From assembly GCA_963777505.1 (NCBI GenBank), contig CAVZQN010000008.1, positions 96,001 to 160,000 of the forward strand: a stretch of DNA of 64,000 nt. Reading direction: 5' to 3'. Source of the DNA: an uncultured bacterium. GTDB lineage: Bacteria; Acidobacteriota; HRBIN11; JAKEFK01. Position numbers and translations under genes: made by a program. Below are positions 1 to 10,896 of this stretch, piece by piece. Position 1 is the stretch's first letter; each line of letters begins with the position of its first letter. The notes under the pieces are model-generated. The model saw only the letters and a program-made list of their open reading frames with translations. It was not told the origin of the DNA and searched no databases.

Positions 1-1006
1 TCCAACGATCATCATTGGAGGCCGCTTACAAGCGTTTGGAAGTAATGCTCGCCCGGGTCGTGGCGAATTTATTGTTGTAGAAGCTGACGAAAGCGACGGA
101 TCTTTTCTGAAACTTTCAGCGACAATCGCTGTGATCACAAACATTGACGCCGAGCATCTTGATCATTACAAAGACATGGATGATATCCGTCACTCATTTA
201 TTGAATTTGCTAACAAAGTCCCTTTTTATGGAGCCGTCATTCTTTGCCTTGATGATGCTGAGAATCGCGCGATCCTTTCACACATTCAAAGAAAGATCGT
301 TACGTACGGGTTATCACCTGAAGCAGACTTCCGTGCGGTTCCAGTTCAACTCAAAGGATTTAGTTCGGAATATGAAGTCTACCATCGTGATATGCGATTG
401 GGCGTTGTGAAGTTGCATGTGCCAGGAGTTCATAGCATCGTAAACAGTCTTGCTGCTATTGCTGTTGCAAGTGAGCTTGGAGTTTCATTTGATACCGCGC
501 GCGAATCACTTTCACACTTCCGTGGGGTAGATCGCCGGTTTCAACTTCGCGCAGAGGCAAATGATATTTTGATCATTGATGATTACGCACACCATCCATC
601 TGAGATTCAAGCAACTCTTACAGCAGCAAGGCAAGGCTGGAATCGAAGATTGATCGCAGTGTTTCAGCCTCATCGTTACACTCGCTTGCATCACCTATTC
701 AATGATTTCACGCATTGTTTCGATAAGGCTGACATTCTGGTACTAACAGATATTTATGCAGCGGGTGAAGAGCCATTACGAGATGTAACAATCGAACGGC
801 TCGCGAAAGCAATGAACCATCCAAATTGCGTCTTGTATAAAGATGTAACAACCCTTCCTGAAAAAGTTCTATCCATGGCTCAGCCGGGAGATATTGTTTT
901 GTTTCTTGGAGCAGGAAGTATTACTGCCGCCGCCGAAAAGACTGGAAAACTATTGTTGGAGAAATTTAGCACCGTTGCTGGCGGGGACGCGGGCGTTACA
1001 CGATGA
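1..1006 (+). CDS. murC: UDP-N-acetylmuramate--L-alanine ligase (5' end outside window)
   Basis: Frame open from base 2 (PTIIIGGRLQAFGSNAR..EADESDGSFL). Motifs TNIDAEHLDHY, DDYAHHP and FQPHRYTR; dcw context. Confidence 0.97.
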   Translation, partial: PTIIIGGRLQAFGSNARPGRGEFIVVEADESDGSFLKLSATIAVITNIDAEHLDHYKDMDDIRHSFIEFANKVPFYGAVILCLDDAENRAILSHIQRKIVTYGLSPEADFRAVPVQLKGFSSEYEVYHRDMRLGVVKLHVPGVHSIVNSLAAIAVASELGVSFDTARESLSHFRGVDRRFQLRAEANDILIIDDYAHHPSEIQATLTAARQGWNRRLIAVFQPHRYTRLHHLFNDFTHCFDKADILVLTDIYAAGEEPLRDVTIERLAKAMNHPNCVLYKDVTTLPEKVLSMAQPGDIVLFLGAGSITAAAEKTGKLLLEKFSTVAGGDAGVTR

Positions 1007-1866
1007 AAACCAAAACGAACCAAAAGCTGAAGGATTACACAACAATCGGAATCGGAGGGAGTGTTCCAACTGTGTATCTTCCGGAAACAGAGGCTGAATT
1101 GGTGGAATTGTTGCGTACTTTGAATCGCGAAAAACGCACATTTAGAGTTTTAGGAAATGGCAGCAATATTTTGGCGGATGATGCAGGAATTAATGAAGCG
1201 ATGATTGTGACAAAACACATGGAACGCATTTTCAATGTAGATGGCGAGCGCGTTACTGTAGATGCAGGATATCCGATGGCACAGCTTGCATATCAGACAG
1301 CATCAAAGAGTTTGAGTGGATTGGAGTTTGCCGTTGGAATTCCTGGAAGTATCGGTGGAGTTGTCCGCATGAATGCAGGCGCGCACGGGCAAACTATCAG
1401 CGAAGTCGTTCATTCTGTCGCTCTGCTACTTCACGATGGCCATACTGTTGTTGCGAACAATGCTGAACTGCAATTCAGCTATCGTTTTTCGGCTATTCCA
1501 GGCGATGCAATTATTACACGCGTTATTCTCCAACTTCGCACGGGAGATTCACGCGACATTCATAAACGCATCAGAGAAAACAATGACTGGCGCACGTCCA
1601 CTCAGCCACAAAGGGAAAAGAGTGCGGGATGCATTTTCAGAAACCCGGATGGTACTTCTGCGGGAAAACTCATTGAAGATTCCGGTTTGAAAGGCTTTTC
1701 AATCGGAGGCGCGATGGTATCAGATGTTCATGCAAATTTTATTGTTAACAAAGGCAACGCAACTTTTGCTGATACTCTGAAATTAATCGAACATGTCAAA
1801 AAAGTCGTCCGCGAGAAGAATGACGTATTGCTTGAAGAAGAAGTGATTGTCTGGAGGCACAACTGA
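1003..1866 (+). CDS. murB: UDP-N-acetylenolpyruvoylglucosamine reductase
   Basis: LGNGSNIL, GIPGSIGG..MNAGA, SAGCIFRNP, HANFIVN. Overlaps the murC stop (ATGA). Confidence 0.96.
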   Translation: MKTKTNQKLKDYTTIGIGGSVPTVYLPETEAELVELLRTLNREKRTFRVLGNGSNILADDAGINEAMIVTKHMERIFNVDGERVTVDAGYPMAQLAYQTASKSLSGLEFAVGIPGSIGGVVRMNAGAHGQTISEVVHSVALLLHDGHTVVANNAELQFSYRFSAIPGDAIITRVILQLRTGDSRDIHKRIRENNDWRTSTQPQREKSAGCIFRNPDGTSAGKLIEDSGLKGFSIGGAMVSDVHANFIVNKGNATFADTLKLIEHVKKVVREKNDVLLEEEVIVWRHN

Positions 1867-2696
1867 TGCCGGTAAAAAAAATCCAGACCCAAAATGAAAA
1901 AGTTATCGATTACCAATACATTCGGAATTTAAAAAATCGTGAAGTTCGAAAAAGTCGATTCAAACGAACGTTATCTCAGCGTGCACTACGGATTATTCTT
2001 ATTTGTATTTTGGCAGTTCAGGGCGTGTATGTCGGATATCATGGACTTCAAGCGCTTAAATCTTCTTCATGGTTTTTCTTAAATCAAATCGAAGTAACAG
2101 GTACACATAAAACAAAACCTGAAGAAGTTGAAAAATATATTCGAACTGGCCAGCAGAATGCAGTATTTGCCGACTTAACACACATCAAGTTAGGGCTAGA
2201 AAATCACCCGTGGATCAAGAGTGCCGTAATATGGCGGGAGCTGCCGGGAACGATACGTGTTCATATTACAGAACGACACCCAATCGCATTGGTGTTGTCG
2301 GGAAATTTGTTTCTTGTCGATGCAGATGGCCGGGTTATAGACACTTTTGATCACGATCCAGAATATTCCTCGCTTCCCGTCCTTACTGGAATTGATGAAG
2401 TTTCCAATGAACATCAAATCCGGAACGCTCTTCAATTTGTTTCTGCACTTGCGGAAGATGTTTCAGTGTTGAGACAAGTATCTGAAATTAATTACTATGA
2501 TGGAGAAAACACAATTATTTATTTGAAAGGGTTCTCGTTTGGACTTTTAGTTTCGAAAGATGGTATTCTTCCGATGATTAAAAAGTTCATTGATTACTCC
2601 GAAGTAGTCAAAAAGAATTTTTCTGATGTAAAGGTTGTCGACTTGCGGTACCAGAGCCAGATCATTCTCAAACATACATACAGGGAGCAGCTTTAA
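1866..2696 (+). CDS. ftsQ: Cell division protein FtsQ/DivIB
   Basis: Basic N-terminus, one TM helix, POTRA-like HPWIKSAVIWRELPGTIRVHITER, C-terminal VDLRY. Lies between murB and ftsA. Confidence 0.92.
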   Translation: MPVKKIQTQNEKVIDYQYIRNLKNREVRKSRFKRTLSQRALRIILICILAVQGVYVGYHGLQALKSSSWFFLNQIEVTGTHKTKPEEVEKYIRTGQQNAVFADLTHIKLGLENHPWIKSAVIWRELPGTIRVHITERHPIALVLSGNLFLVDADGRVIDTFDHDPEYSSLPVLTGIDEVSNEHQIRNALQFVSALAEDVSVLRQVSEINYYDGENTIIYLKGFSFGLLVSKDGILPMIKKFIDYSEVVKKNFSDVKVVDLRYQSQIILKHTYREQL

Positions 2697-3919
2697 TGGC
2701 GAAAAAAGACCGCTATATAGTCGGCCTTGATATTGGAACCAGCAAAGTTTGCATTCTTGTAGCCGAAATCCGTGATGATGGTGCACTGGATATCATCGGA
2801 ATGGGCAATGCTGAGTCACGGGGTCTTCGAAAGGGTGTCATTGTAAATCTTGATCCAACGGTCGAGTGTATCCGCAAAGTTGTTGAGGAAGCCGAATTGA
2901 TGTCGGGAATCAACATCGAAGAAGCGTTTGTTGGAATTGCCGGTGAACACATTATGGGTTCCAATAGCCGCGGCATGATCAGCATCAATTCAAAAGATCA
3001 CATCATTTCGCGTGATGATATTAATCGTGTGATTGAGGCTGCTAAACAAATTCCAATTCCAACTGACAAAGACATTCTGCATGTCTTGCCACAAGAATTT
3101 ATGGTAGATGGTCAGGATGAAATTGGTGATCCTCTCGGAATGAGCGGGAATCGATTGGAAGTCAACGTTCATGTTGTTACATGCGGAACAACTCAACTTC
3201 AAACACTATTAACGTGTGTTAATAAAGCAGGAATTGAAGTAGCTGATACTGTTTTGGAACAACTCGCGAGTAGCGAATCAGTATTAACTCAAGATGAAAA
3301 AGAACTGGGTGTTGCTCTTGTAGATATCGGAGGCGGCACAACAGATCTTGCAGTTTTTGAAAAACAAAGTCTCTGGCATTCACATATTCGTGCGATCGGC
3401 GGTGATCATTTTACAAGCGATATTGCGGTTGGACTGCGGACGCCGATCGGAGAAGCAGAGCGGATTAAGAAAAAATATGGGTGTGCGTTGGTGTCACTTG
3501 TCGAGGATGAAGAGACTGTAGAAGTCCCAAGTGTCGGCGGACGTAAACCACGCTTTATGTCAAGAGAGATACTTTGTGACATAATTCAACAGAGGGCCGA
3601 TGAACTATTCAATCTCATGAAAGACGAGATTGAAAGAATGGGCCTGACAAAATCCCTCAATTCGGGTGTAGTTTTGACGGGTGGCGGTTCATTGCTGGAA
3701 GGCATGACCGAAATTGCAGAACGTATTTTTGATCTGCCGGTACGCATCGGTAAGCCAACGGGTGTTGGAGGCTTGATCGATGTAATCAACAGTCCGGTTT
3801 ATTCCACCGCTGTTGGTTTGGTTATTTATGGATACAGAACGCGTGAAGTTCGTAGAGATCGCGTACTGACCCGTAGAAGGCCATGGCGTTTCAAAGATTG
3901 GTTTAACGAAATGTTTTAA
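2696..3919 (+). CDS. ftsA: Cell division protein FtsA
   Basis: [23 protein letters not shown]-terminal amphipathic [11 protein letters not shown]. Confidence 0.98.
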   Translation: MAKKDRYIVGLDIGTSKVCILVAEIRDDGALDIIGMGNAESRGLRKGVIVNLDPTVECIRKVVEEAELMSGINIEEAFVGIAGEHIMGSNSRGMISINSKDHIISRDDINRVIEAAKQIPIPTDKDILHVLPQEFMVDGQDEIGDPLGMSGNRLEVNVHVVTCGTTQLQTLLTCVNKAGIEVADTVLEQLASSESVLTQDEKELGVALVDIGGGTTDLAVFEKQSLWHSHIRAIGGDHFTSDIAVGLRTPIGEAERIKKKYGCALVSLVEDEETVEVPSVGGRKPRFMSREILCDIIQQRADELFNLMKDEIERMGLTKSLNSGVVLTGGGSLLEGMTEIAERIFDLPVRIGKPTGVGGLIDVINSPVYSTAVGLVIYGYRTREVRRDRVLTRRRPWRFKDWFNEMF

Positions 3920-3921
3920 AA

Positions 3922-3959
3922 AACCACGGAGACACAAAGAACTCTGTGACTCTGTGGTT
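3922..3959. repeat. Family A palindromic repeat (full hairpin)
   Basis: AACCACGGAGACACAAAG-AA-CTCTGTGACTCTGTGGTT right after the ftsA stop. Confidence 0.75.
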
Positions 3960-3978
3960 CAAATTGCTGGAGGTGATT

Positions 3979-5175
3979 ATGGAACTGTTTGACGATCTGC
4001 CGGAAATGCCCGGTCATCTGTCAAGCGTAAAAATTTCACTGGAGGATGAAGGATTGCAAGGCGCACGCATAAAAGTTGTTGGAATCGGGGGCGGAGGCGG
4101 GAATGCAATTAATCGCATGGTTGAAATGGGCCTGAAGGGTGCAGAGTTCATTTCTATCAATACCGATCTTCAAGCACTTCAATCGTCACAAGCACCTGTG
4201 CGGCTTCAAATTGGCGCAGGCCTGACAAAAGGTCTTGGCGCCGGTGCAAATCCTGAAATCGGAAGACAAGCAGCTCTTGAAGATGCAAGCAAAATTCTGG
4301 AACTGCTTGATGGAGCCGATATGATTTTCCTTACTGCAGGCATGGGCGGCGGAACCGGAACAGGTGCAGCTCCTGTGATTGCAAGTTTGGCAAATGAAAT
4401 CGGAGCGCTAACAGTAGCGGTTGTAACAAAACCATTTAGTTTTGAAGGAAAACGTCGCGCGCAGCATGCAGAGCTGGGTTTGAAAGAATTGCGAAGCTGC
4501 ATCGACACGATCGTTGTCATTCCAAATGATCGTTTACTTGAAACTGTGGAAAAAAATACGCCGTTTACAAAAGCGTTTTTAATTGCCGATGATGTTTTGC
4601 GGCAAGGTGTGCAAAGTATTTCGGAATTGATCCTGTTGCCTGGCCTTGTGAATTTGGATTTTGCAGATGTGAAGACAATCATGAAAGGCATGGGCAAAGC
4701 CGTAATGGGAACAGGAGTTAGCAGCGGCGAAACACGCGCTGTTGATGCTGCTAAACGCGCGATTAACAGTCCATTGCTTGAAGAAGCTTCTATGGATGGA
4801 GCACGCGGCATTCTGATTAACATCACTGCCGGCGAAACTCTGACAATTCATGAAGTGAATCAGGCATGTCAGTTGATTCGTGAGAATGCAGATCCATCTG
4901 CTGAAATCATTTTCGGAGCTACGATCGATTCAACAATGAAAGATGACGTCAAGATTACTGTCATCGCCACCGGCTTCGATCATGTTTCGGAAAAAGCGAT
5001 GCCATCATTGAGCGTTACTCGAAATGACGTACAGGGTGTTGCTCAACAGCCACCTCAGGAAAATGTTTCCTTTTATCGCAAAGCGGCTGGATCGCAAACT
5101 CCACAATCAGGCACATTTCCGTTCAGCGAAGATCGCGACGATTTGGATATTCCGACATTCAAACGAAAATCCTAA
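3979..5175 (+). CDS. ftsZ: Cell division protein FtsZ
   Basis: GGGGGNA, tubulin signature GGGTGTG, NLDFADV, C-terminal DLDIPTF. GGAGG RBS precedes ATG 3979. Confidence 0.99.
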   Translation: MELFDDLPEMPGHLSSVKISLEDEGLQGARIKVVGIGGGGGNAINRMVEMGLKGAEFISINTDLQALQSSQAPVRLQIGAGLTKGLGAGANPEIGRQAALEDASKILELLDGADMIFLTAGMGGGTGTGAAPVIASLANEIGALTVAVVTKPFSFEGKRRAQHAELGLKELRSCIDTIVVIPNDRLLETVEKNTPFTKAFLIADDVLRQGVQSISELILLPGLVNLDFADVKTIMKGMGKAVMGTGVSSGETRAVDAAKRAINSPLLEEASMDGARGILINITAGETLTIHEVNQACQLIRENADPSAEIIFGATIDSTMKDDVKITVIATGFDHVSEKAMPSLSVTRNDVQGVAQQPPQENVSFYRKAAGSQTPQSGTFPFSEDRDDLDIPTFKRKS

Positions 5176-5187
5176 AGGGCGAAGACT

Positions 5188-5231
5188 AACCGCGGAGTCG
5201 CAGAGTTTCCGAACTTAGCGTCTCTGCGGTT
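5188..5231. repeat. Family A palindromic repeat, possibly a bidirectional terminator
   Basis: AACCGCGGAGTCGCAGAG-N8-CTTAGCGTCTCTGCGGTT between convergent genes. Confidence 0.75.
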
Positions 5232-5235
5232 CCAT

Positions 5236-5712
5236 TCATTCAGTTCGTGTGAAGTCCATTGTCCAATTTGTTTCCCAGTTCTTGCCTCCATCCGCTGAAA
5301 AAGCTTGCTCCCAGTGGCAAGAGTTTGGCGTAATATCTGACCATATAAATCGAACGTAGATCGCTTTGCCTTCAAAGAATTCCTGATCGTAAAATTCTCC
5401 ACGTCCGTTTTTGAATTCACCGATCACCGGCACCTCTAGAGTGCCAGAGGCTGCGTTCGCCCAATAAAGACTCCATTGCTCCGTTTTGGGATTAAACAGA
5501 CGCACCGTCATTCCCTGGATTCGGCCAGACGGAGTCTCAGCTTGATATTCATCGACGTTCGCCAAACCACCCCAGATGGCTCTTACTACTACTGAGCCCT
5601 TAAACGCATCCCAGTCTGTGGATCCTTTGAGACGCTCTTTCAATTTCATGTTGTGAACTTCCCAGGATCCGATCAAAAAATCAAAATCTTTTCGTGGATC
5701 GTGATCAGCCAT
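5236..5712 (-). CDS. DUF1579-like beta-barrel protein
   Basis: DFDFLIGSW..HN, WSLYW, WEQAFSADGGKNWETNW. AAGGAG RBS before ATG 5712. Confidence 0.8.
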   Translation of the reverse strand: MADHDPRKDFDFLIGSWEVHNMKLKERLKGSTDWDAFKGSVVVRAIWGGLANVDEYQAETPSGRIQGMTVRLFNPKTEQWSLYWANAASGTLEVPVIGEFKNGRGEFYDQEFFEGKAIYVRFIWSDITPNSCHWEQAFSADGGKNWETNWTMDFTRTE

Positions 5713-5868
5713 TTCTGTCTCCTTAAAGCAAAAGATCTTATTGGGTGATTGGTGTTCCGACAATGACCAATTTTGAAATTCTTTCAATAACCATTTTTTT
5801 CATAGGTCGAACTCCAAACCGGTTGGAGACTTTGCTGGTGGTGAATTTGTGGATTATTGACTGATGAC

Positions 5869-6948
5869 CTATTGGCTGCGCATCAGTTCGGCTGCAATTT
5901 CCGGAGGGACTGGATTGATCATGTAACCGGATCCTGCACTGAAGCTGCGATGGAACCCTTTCAATCTTGGAAATCTAGGAAAAAACTTGAAGTGCCAATG
6001 ATAATCATCATCAATTGTTGCCCAGTAATCGCGTTCTCCGCCCCAGACCCGATTCGGGCGTGTAAACAACAGCAAGCTGTATGATAAATTTCCCACATTC
6101 GATTTTATTGTTCGAAGATTTGTCTGAAGAGCGTCTGCAAGTTCACCTGCCAGCGAAGGATTCAAGTTTCTAAAATCGGAATTATGCTGACGCGGAAGAA
6201 TCCACGTTTCAAACGGATGGGAAGCAAAAAACGGACTGAGTGTTACGAAGTTTTCGGATTGCCGAACCCATCCTGAAGATTGTTTGCGTCGTGTTTCTTC
6301 CGTAATGATGTCACAGAAAAGGCAACGTTCCTTCATTTGAAAATGTCTTCGCGTGGATTCGAGTTCTCTCCGGATTCGCTCAGGAACCGAAGGTGACGCT
6401 GTCAATGTTGAATGAGGATGGGCCATAGTGCTGTTCGAGTTTGGTCCATAATTTTTGTAAATGTACAAATGTCCAAACCGTCCATCTTTGCTCAGATCCT
6501 TCATCCGTTCCAGATAGACACGTACGATGTCAGCAACTTCCGAAGAATTCAATTCATCCCAGTCTGCATGTGTTCGATGCTCAATAATAATTTCATGTGC
6601 GCCTACGGCATCCATAACGTCGTACATGGAAACTAACCTGCGGTTCAAATTACCTTCGATTCGAAAAACAGGATCACGGTTTGGAATGACTCGGATATTC
6701 CAATCGGTTGAAGCGCTGCCAAACTGATACTTTCCATTCACAAATTCCATAATGGATTGTTCAGTTGTTGATTCCTTACCGGGACAAAAATCACAGGGGG
6801 TATCAGATTTTTTCTTAGATTCATATTCACGATCCACAGCTTCCTTAATCCTGCGAATCGTATCCTGTGGTTCTGCAACGACGTTTACTATGACCCATTT
6901 GCGTGTAACTGGATCCCTTCGCATTTGTTTCATTTGTTTTTTGTCCAA
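5869..6948 (-). CDS. galT: Galactose-1-phosphate uridylyltransferase-like protein (HIT/GalT fold)
   Basis: RRDPVTRKWVI, CDFCPG, RVIPN, GAHEIIIE, HPHS, CLFCD, YHWH. The canonical HPHSQ Gln is Thr here. Confidence 0.8.
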   Translation of the reverse strand: MDKKQMKQMRRDPVTRKWVIVNVVAEPQDTIRRIKEAVDREYESKKKSDTPCDFCPGKESTTEQSIMEFVNGKYQFGSASTDWNIRVIPNRDPVFRIEGNLNRRLVSMYDVMDAVGAHEIIIEHRTHADWDELNSSEVADIVRVYLERMKDLSKDGRFGHLYIYKNYGPNSNSTMAHPHSTLTASPSVPERIRRELESTRRHFQMKERCLFCDIITEETRRKQSSGWVRQSENFVTLSPFFASHPFETWILPRQHNSDFRNLNPSLAGELADALQTNLRTIKSNVGNLSYSLLLFTRPNRVWGGERDYWATIDDDYHWHFKFFPRFPRLKGFHRSFSAGSGYMINPVPPEIAAELMRSQ

Positions 6949-6957
6949 CTGTAGGGG

Positions 6958-7629
6958 CTATTTCAGTGCAGGATCCGGAAACCCGGCTTCATTGAAGCCT
7001 TTGATCCTGATCACGCAACTATCACATTGACCGCAAGCTTTTCCAGATTCATCAGGATCATAACAACTATGAGTATCAGAATAATCAACACCCAGTGCAA
7101 CGCCTTTCTGTATTATTTGCGACTTGGTAAGCTTCAATAATGGCGCGTGAATTCGGAACTTCTGGCCTTCAACCCCTGCTTTAGTTCCGCGATTCAAAGT
7201 CTGTTCCAAAGACTCTATAAATTCCGGGCGGCAATCAGGATAACCGCTGTAATCCAGAATATTTGCGCCATAAAATAAATCGAAAGCGCCTTTGGTCTCC
7301 CCTATTGCCGCAGCAATAGACAAGAAAATCAAATTACGTCCTGGAACGTATGTTACAGGAATCACTTCTTTATCGGATCTTTGTTTTGGAACAACAAGTT
7401 CGGATGTAAGTGCCGAACCTCCGATTTGACGCAAATCGATTTGAAAATAAACGTGCTCTTTAACCCGAAACTGCGTGATAACCTTCTTTGCCTTTTCGAG
7501 CTCAACTCGATGCCGCTGGCCATAATCAAAACTTAAAGCAAAAACATCTGAAAATTCACGCAAAGCGATGGCTAAAACGGTAGTGGAGTCAATTCCACCG
7601 CTGAATAAAACGAGGCCGGCGGATGCCAT
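6958..7629 (-). CDS. queC: 7-cyano-7-deazaguanine synthase
   Basis: [41 protein letters not shown]. Confidence 0.97.
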   Translation of the reverse strand: MASAGLVLFSGGIDSTTVLAIALREFSDVFALSFDYGQRHRVELEKAKKVITQFRVKEHVYFQIDLRQIGGSALTSELVVPKQRSDKEVIPVTYVPGRNLIFLSIAAAIGETKGAFDLFYGANILDYSGYPDCRPEFIESLEQTLNRGTKAGVEGQKFRIHAPLLKLTKSQIIQKGVALGVDYSDTHSCYDPDESGKACGQCDSCVIRIKGFNEAGFPDPALK

Positions 7630-7646
7630 TTATGAAACAGGAAAAC

Positions 7647-8003
7647 CTATTGAACTCTCTTCATATAAGCGTAATACCAATTGTCTCCGGAACGGACTCT
7701 GATACGAAGGAATTCCTGATTCGCAATTCGGGTAATTTGAACTTGCGGGCTTGAGGAAGTCCCACGAGCGGGAATTACGATTGCTAGATCCTTTGCTACG
7801 ACCTGTCCATCTTTGCTGAGTTGAATAGTGGATCCATCAGCTCCGTCAACAATTTGAACGTTATAGAGGCCAGGTTCGACTGTAGTTCCAGCAAAATCTA
7901 CACGCTCCCTGATCCGATAATTCCCAACATCAGCTGAAAAAACACTGAATGCAGAGACACTCAATACGAATAGGGTTAGGACAGCAATTTTTCCAATCTT
8001 CAT
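7647..8003 (-). CDS. Secreted hypothetical beta-sandwich protein
   Basis: GGAGG RBS, signal-peptide-like N-terminus, beta-rich mature region. Confidence 0.65.
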   Translation of the reverse strand: MKIGKIAVLTLFVLSVSAFSVFSADVGNYRIRERVDFAGTTVEPGLYNVQIVDGADGSTIQLSKDGQVVAKDLAIVIPARGTSSSPQVQITRIANQEFLRIRVRSGDNWYYAYMKRVQ

Positions 8004-8044
8004 ATAGCAACCCTCCTGCAAACTAAACTAGGATTTTTCTGGGA

Positions 8045-8416
8045 TTATTCAAATACCGGCGCGTTGTAGTCTATATTCTGAACCCAGTTATAGACGTAAA
8101 AAGGTGTGGTTATTGGAACAACATAATCAATTTTAACCCGAAGATTATGGTAGTTTTCGGCGTAAGTCTTCGCCGCATGAACATCTTCAACTTCTATATC
8201 TAATTCATTGTCATGCGCTACGTCGACTATATCTGACTTCAATTGGTCTAAGTTTCTTCCGTGAAGAAATTTACATTCTTCTCGAACTGCATCCTCAAAT
8301 GAATAAACCCGAATCATTACAGGAATGATCGTCCACGCCAGATAAAGCACTACCAGAAAGACGGCAAACCCGAAGATAGCACCAGCTTTTCCCTCGCCCT
8401 TTTGATTCAATGACAT
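8045..8416 (-). CDS. Small pilin-like membrane protein (DUF4845-like)
   Basis: Prepilin-like NQKG followed by a hydrophobic helix and a short alpha/beta domain. Confidence 0.6.
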   Translation of the reverse strand: MSLNQKGEGKAGAIFGFAVFLVVLYLAWTIIPVMIRVYSFEDAVREECKFLHGRNLDQLKSDIVDVAHDNELDIEVEDVHAAKTYAENYHNLRVKIDYVVPITTPFYVYNWVQNIDYNAPVFE

Positions 8417-8504
8417 GCCCCGTGAGCCTCCTCTTATCAGAGTTCGAAACATCATAATCTTAGGGCTAAGTGATTGTCAAGAAAGGGTTAATTCTTTAGA
8501 AAGG

Positions 8505-9437
8505 CTACGAAAACGATTTCCCCTCTTGAACTCGATGGCCAATCGCAAAATCATGGGCAGTCATTCGAGGCCGATTTTCGGGCTGCACTTCCAAAACTTC
8601 AAGGACAGTTCCTTCCCCAGCGGCTACATAAATCGCGTCCTTCGTTAGACTGAGAATATTGCCTGGGGTTTGGTTTGTTGTTTCTCCAGAATCGCGGGTC
8701 GCCCAAAACTTCAGTCCCATATTTTCCAGTCTCGTAAAGGTTCCAGGCCACGGATTAAAGGCGCGAACTTGCCTCGAAATCCAGGCTGCGGTTTTGGTCC
8801 AGTTCACACGTCCGTCTTCCTTTTTGAGTTTAGGCGCATACGTCACTGCCGAAACGTCTTGCGGCATCGGGACAATTTCATTTTTCTCAATCAAGTTTAG
8901 AGTTTTTGTCAGAAGTGGTGCCCCAAGCTTCCCCAATTTTTGTGAAAGTGTTTCCGAAGTATCAAGAGAATCGATTTCACAAGTTTGTGTTAGATAAATA
9001 GGACCGGAGTCCATTGCAAGATCAACTTGCATTGTCGTTAGACCAGTTTCATTTTCACCGTTTAATATTGCCCACGGAATCGGCGCAGCCCCACGATATT
9101 TTGGAAGCAAAGAGGCATGAAGATTTACAGCACCTTTAGGGGCCAATTCAAGAACGTTGCGTCTCAAAATTTCTCCATACGCGACAACCACAAGAATGTC
9201 TGGCTTTAATGCAGTCATTTGATCGACAAATTCCTGAGTCTTTGTTGTTGAAGGCTGATAAACAGGAATACTGAATGACTCTGCAGTTACTTTAATTGGA
9301 GGTGCCTGCACTTTCAGATTTCTGCCAACAGGACGATCCGGTTGAGTAACCACTGCAAGTATTTCGTGATTCGAATGATGAATTGCTTCAAGACTCGGCA
9401 CGGCAAATGAAGGCGATCCCATAAAAATGATGCGCAT
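8505..9437 (-). CDS. fmt: Methionyl-tRNA formyltransferase
   Basis: IFMGSPSFA, TQPDRP, NLHASLLPKYRGAAPI, RAFNPWPG. Confidence 0.98.
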   Translation of the reverse strand: MRIIFMGSPSFAVPSLEAIHHSNHEILAVVTQPDRPVGRNLKVQAPPIKVTAESFSIPVYQPSTTKTQEFVDQMTALKPDILVVVAYGEILRRNVLELAPKGAVNLHASLLPKYRGAAPIPWAILNGENETGLTTMQVDLAMDSGPIYLTQTCEIDSLDTSETLSQKLGKLGAPLLTKTLNLIEKNEIVPMPQDVSAVTYAPKLKKEDGRVNWTKTAAWISRQVRAFNPWPGTFTRLENMGLKFWATRDSGETTNQTPGNILSLTKDAIYVAAGEGTVLEVLEVQPENRPRMTAHDFAIGHRVQEGKSFS

Positions 9438-9467
9438 TTAATCTATCTCACAGACAAAAGTTAAATT

Positions 9468-10286
9468 CTATGGTTTTTCCCGGCGGGATTGAATGATAGC
9501 TTCAATCGTCTTATAAGCGCGTTGTTGATGAGAATCCTCTAATATTTCGCGAACACGCGGAAAGTCAGCCACAATACTTTCAAAGTCCGTCAGCGATAGC
9601 TCCAATAAATCGGAAGGGAAATTCGTGATGATAGTTGCAGTCCGCGGTTTTCCTGTAAGCAAAGAAACTTCACCAAAAAATTCACCTTCACCAAGATTTG
9701 CAAGAGTAATCTGCTTACCAGTGGCATCGGATGTATTAACCCGAATTTCACCATTTACAATAATAAACATTGACTCGCCTGGATCTCCTTCTGATACGAC
9801 GATGCTTTCTTCTTCGTAATGTCTAAGAGTGAGATGGGAAACTACTTTCCGGAATTCATCCCTTGAAAGACCACGAAACAAAACTGTATCAATTGCCAAA
9901 AAAGGAACAGCATCCGCTTTTTCCTGATCAACTTCTTCGTTCGCATCTAACTCCAACACTGCTGGACCTCTTTTGTCCGATAGTTCCATTAAGTAATATT
10001 CAATTTCGGTCATCGTTGGACGGATGCGCAGAATTTTTTTATAAACAGCGATCGCTTTTGCGATCGAGCCGGTTTCGGTATACTGTGCCGCTAAATCACG
10101 ATATTCCTGAATCGCTTCATCTGAGCGATTCGCTTGGAGATAAGCATCAGCAAGGGCGTGTCGTAAATTTACATTCTTAGGCTGATTGACGATTCGATCA
10201 CGATAGATCGCAATTGCACGATCAAATTCTTTTAGAGCCAGGAAGTGCTCGGGCTCGTCAGAATCCTTCTTTTTCCCCGGTACCAT
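9468..10286 (-). CDS. TPR + cyclic nucleotide-binding domain protein
   Basis: N-terminal TPR-like helices. cNMP domain EGDPGESMFII..GEFFGEVSLL..PRTAT. Confidence 0.88.
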   Translation of the reverse strand: MVPGKKKDSDEPEHFLALKEFDRAIAIYRDRIVNQPKNVNLRHALADAYLQANRSDEAIQEYRDLAAQYTETGSIAKAIAVYKKILRIRPTMTEIEYYLMELSDKRGPAVLELDANEEVDQEKADAVPFLAIDTVLFRGLSRDEFRKVVSHLTLRHYEEESIVVSEGDPGESMFIIVNGEIRVNTSDATGKQITLANLGEGEFFGEVSLLTGKPRTATIITNFPSDLLELSLTDFESIVADFPRVREILEDSHQQRAYKTIEAIIQSRREKP

Positions 10287-10296
10287 CCCTCGTCAA

Positions 10297-10806
10297 CTAC
10301 TCCGATTGGCCAGTTTGGGAAGACAAAAGGTCAGCTAAATCATTTTCGACGCTGACTTTAGGAGTCTCCACAATTCTCCCCACTTCTTTTCCATTCAAAA
10401 ATACAATAAAAGTCGGAACACTTACAATATTTAGTCCATGAATCAAATCAGCAGGTTCCTTTTTCTTACGATCGACATTGATATAAACAACCTCAATCGC
10501 TTTATTGTCCGCAAATTCCATTGTCTTTATGAAAGCAGGCACATGCTTTTTGCTGTCTTTGCACCAATCACCAAAAATTACTTTTACTTCAACAGGTTGT
10601 GAACATTTATAGATCGCCTCAAGATCATCTGGTTTCGGAACATATTCAACATAGTTATGGTTATAAATGGTTCGGCCTGACAAAATCTCTTGCTTTGATA
10701 TGATCCCAAGCCGAAGTGAATTATGATCGTCGCTTTTTTCTTCAATTGACATTGCAAAAACCGGCCAAAATATAAACAGGAAAATTAGAAACTTCATTAA
10801 GTCCAC
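10297..10806 (-). CDS. Exported thioredoxin-like protein (CxxS)
   Basis: WCKDS active-site motif, VPTFI cis-Pro loop, N-terminal hydrophobic segment. Confidence 0.85.
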   Translation of the reverse strand: MDLMKFLIFLFIFWPVFAMSIEEKSDDHNSLRLGIISKQEILSGRTIYNHNYVEYVPKPDDLEAIYKCSQPVEVKVIFGDWCKDSKKHVPAFIKTMEFADNKAIEVVYINVDRKKKEPADLIHGLNIVSVPTFIVFLNGKEVGRIVETPKVSVENDLADLLSSQTGQSE

Positions 10807-10896
10807 CCTGTTACTAATATATAAGTTTCATAATCAGATGCAGCAACTTATGCTATCATACAATCAAAGTTCGGACAGCCTATGCGATAAAAACAA

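Noticed and set aside
4206-4826. 206-aa antisense ORF within ftsZ, and similar shadow ORFs elsewhere
   Set aside because: Antisense shadows of conserved genes, with no RBS or recognisable motif.
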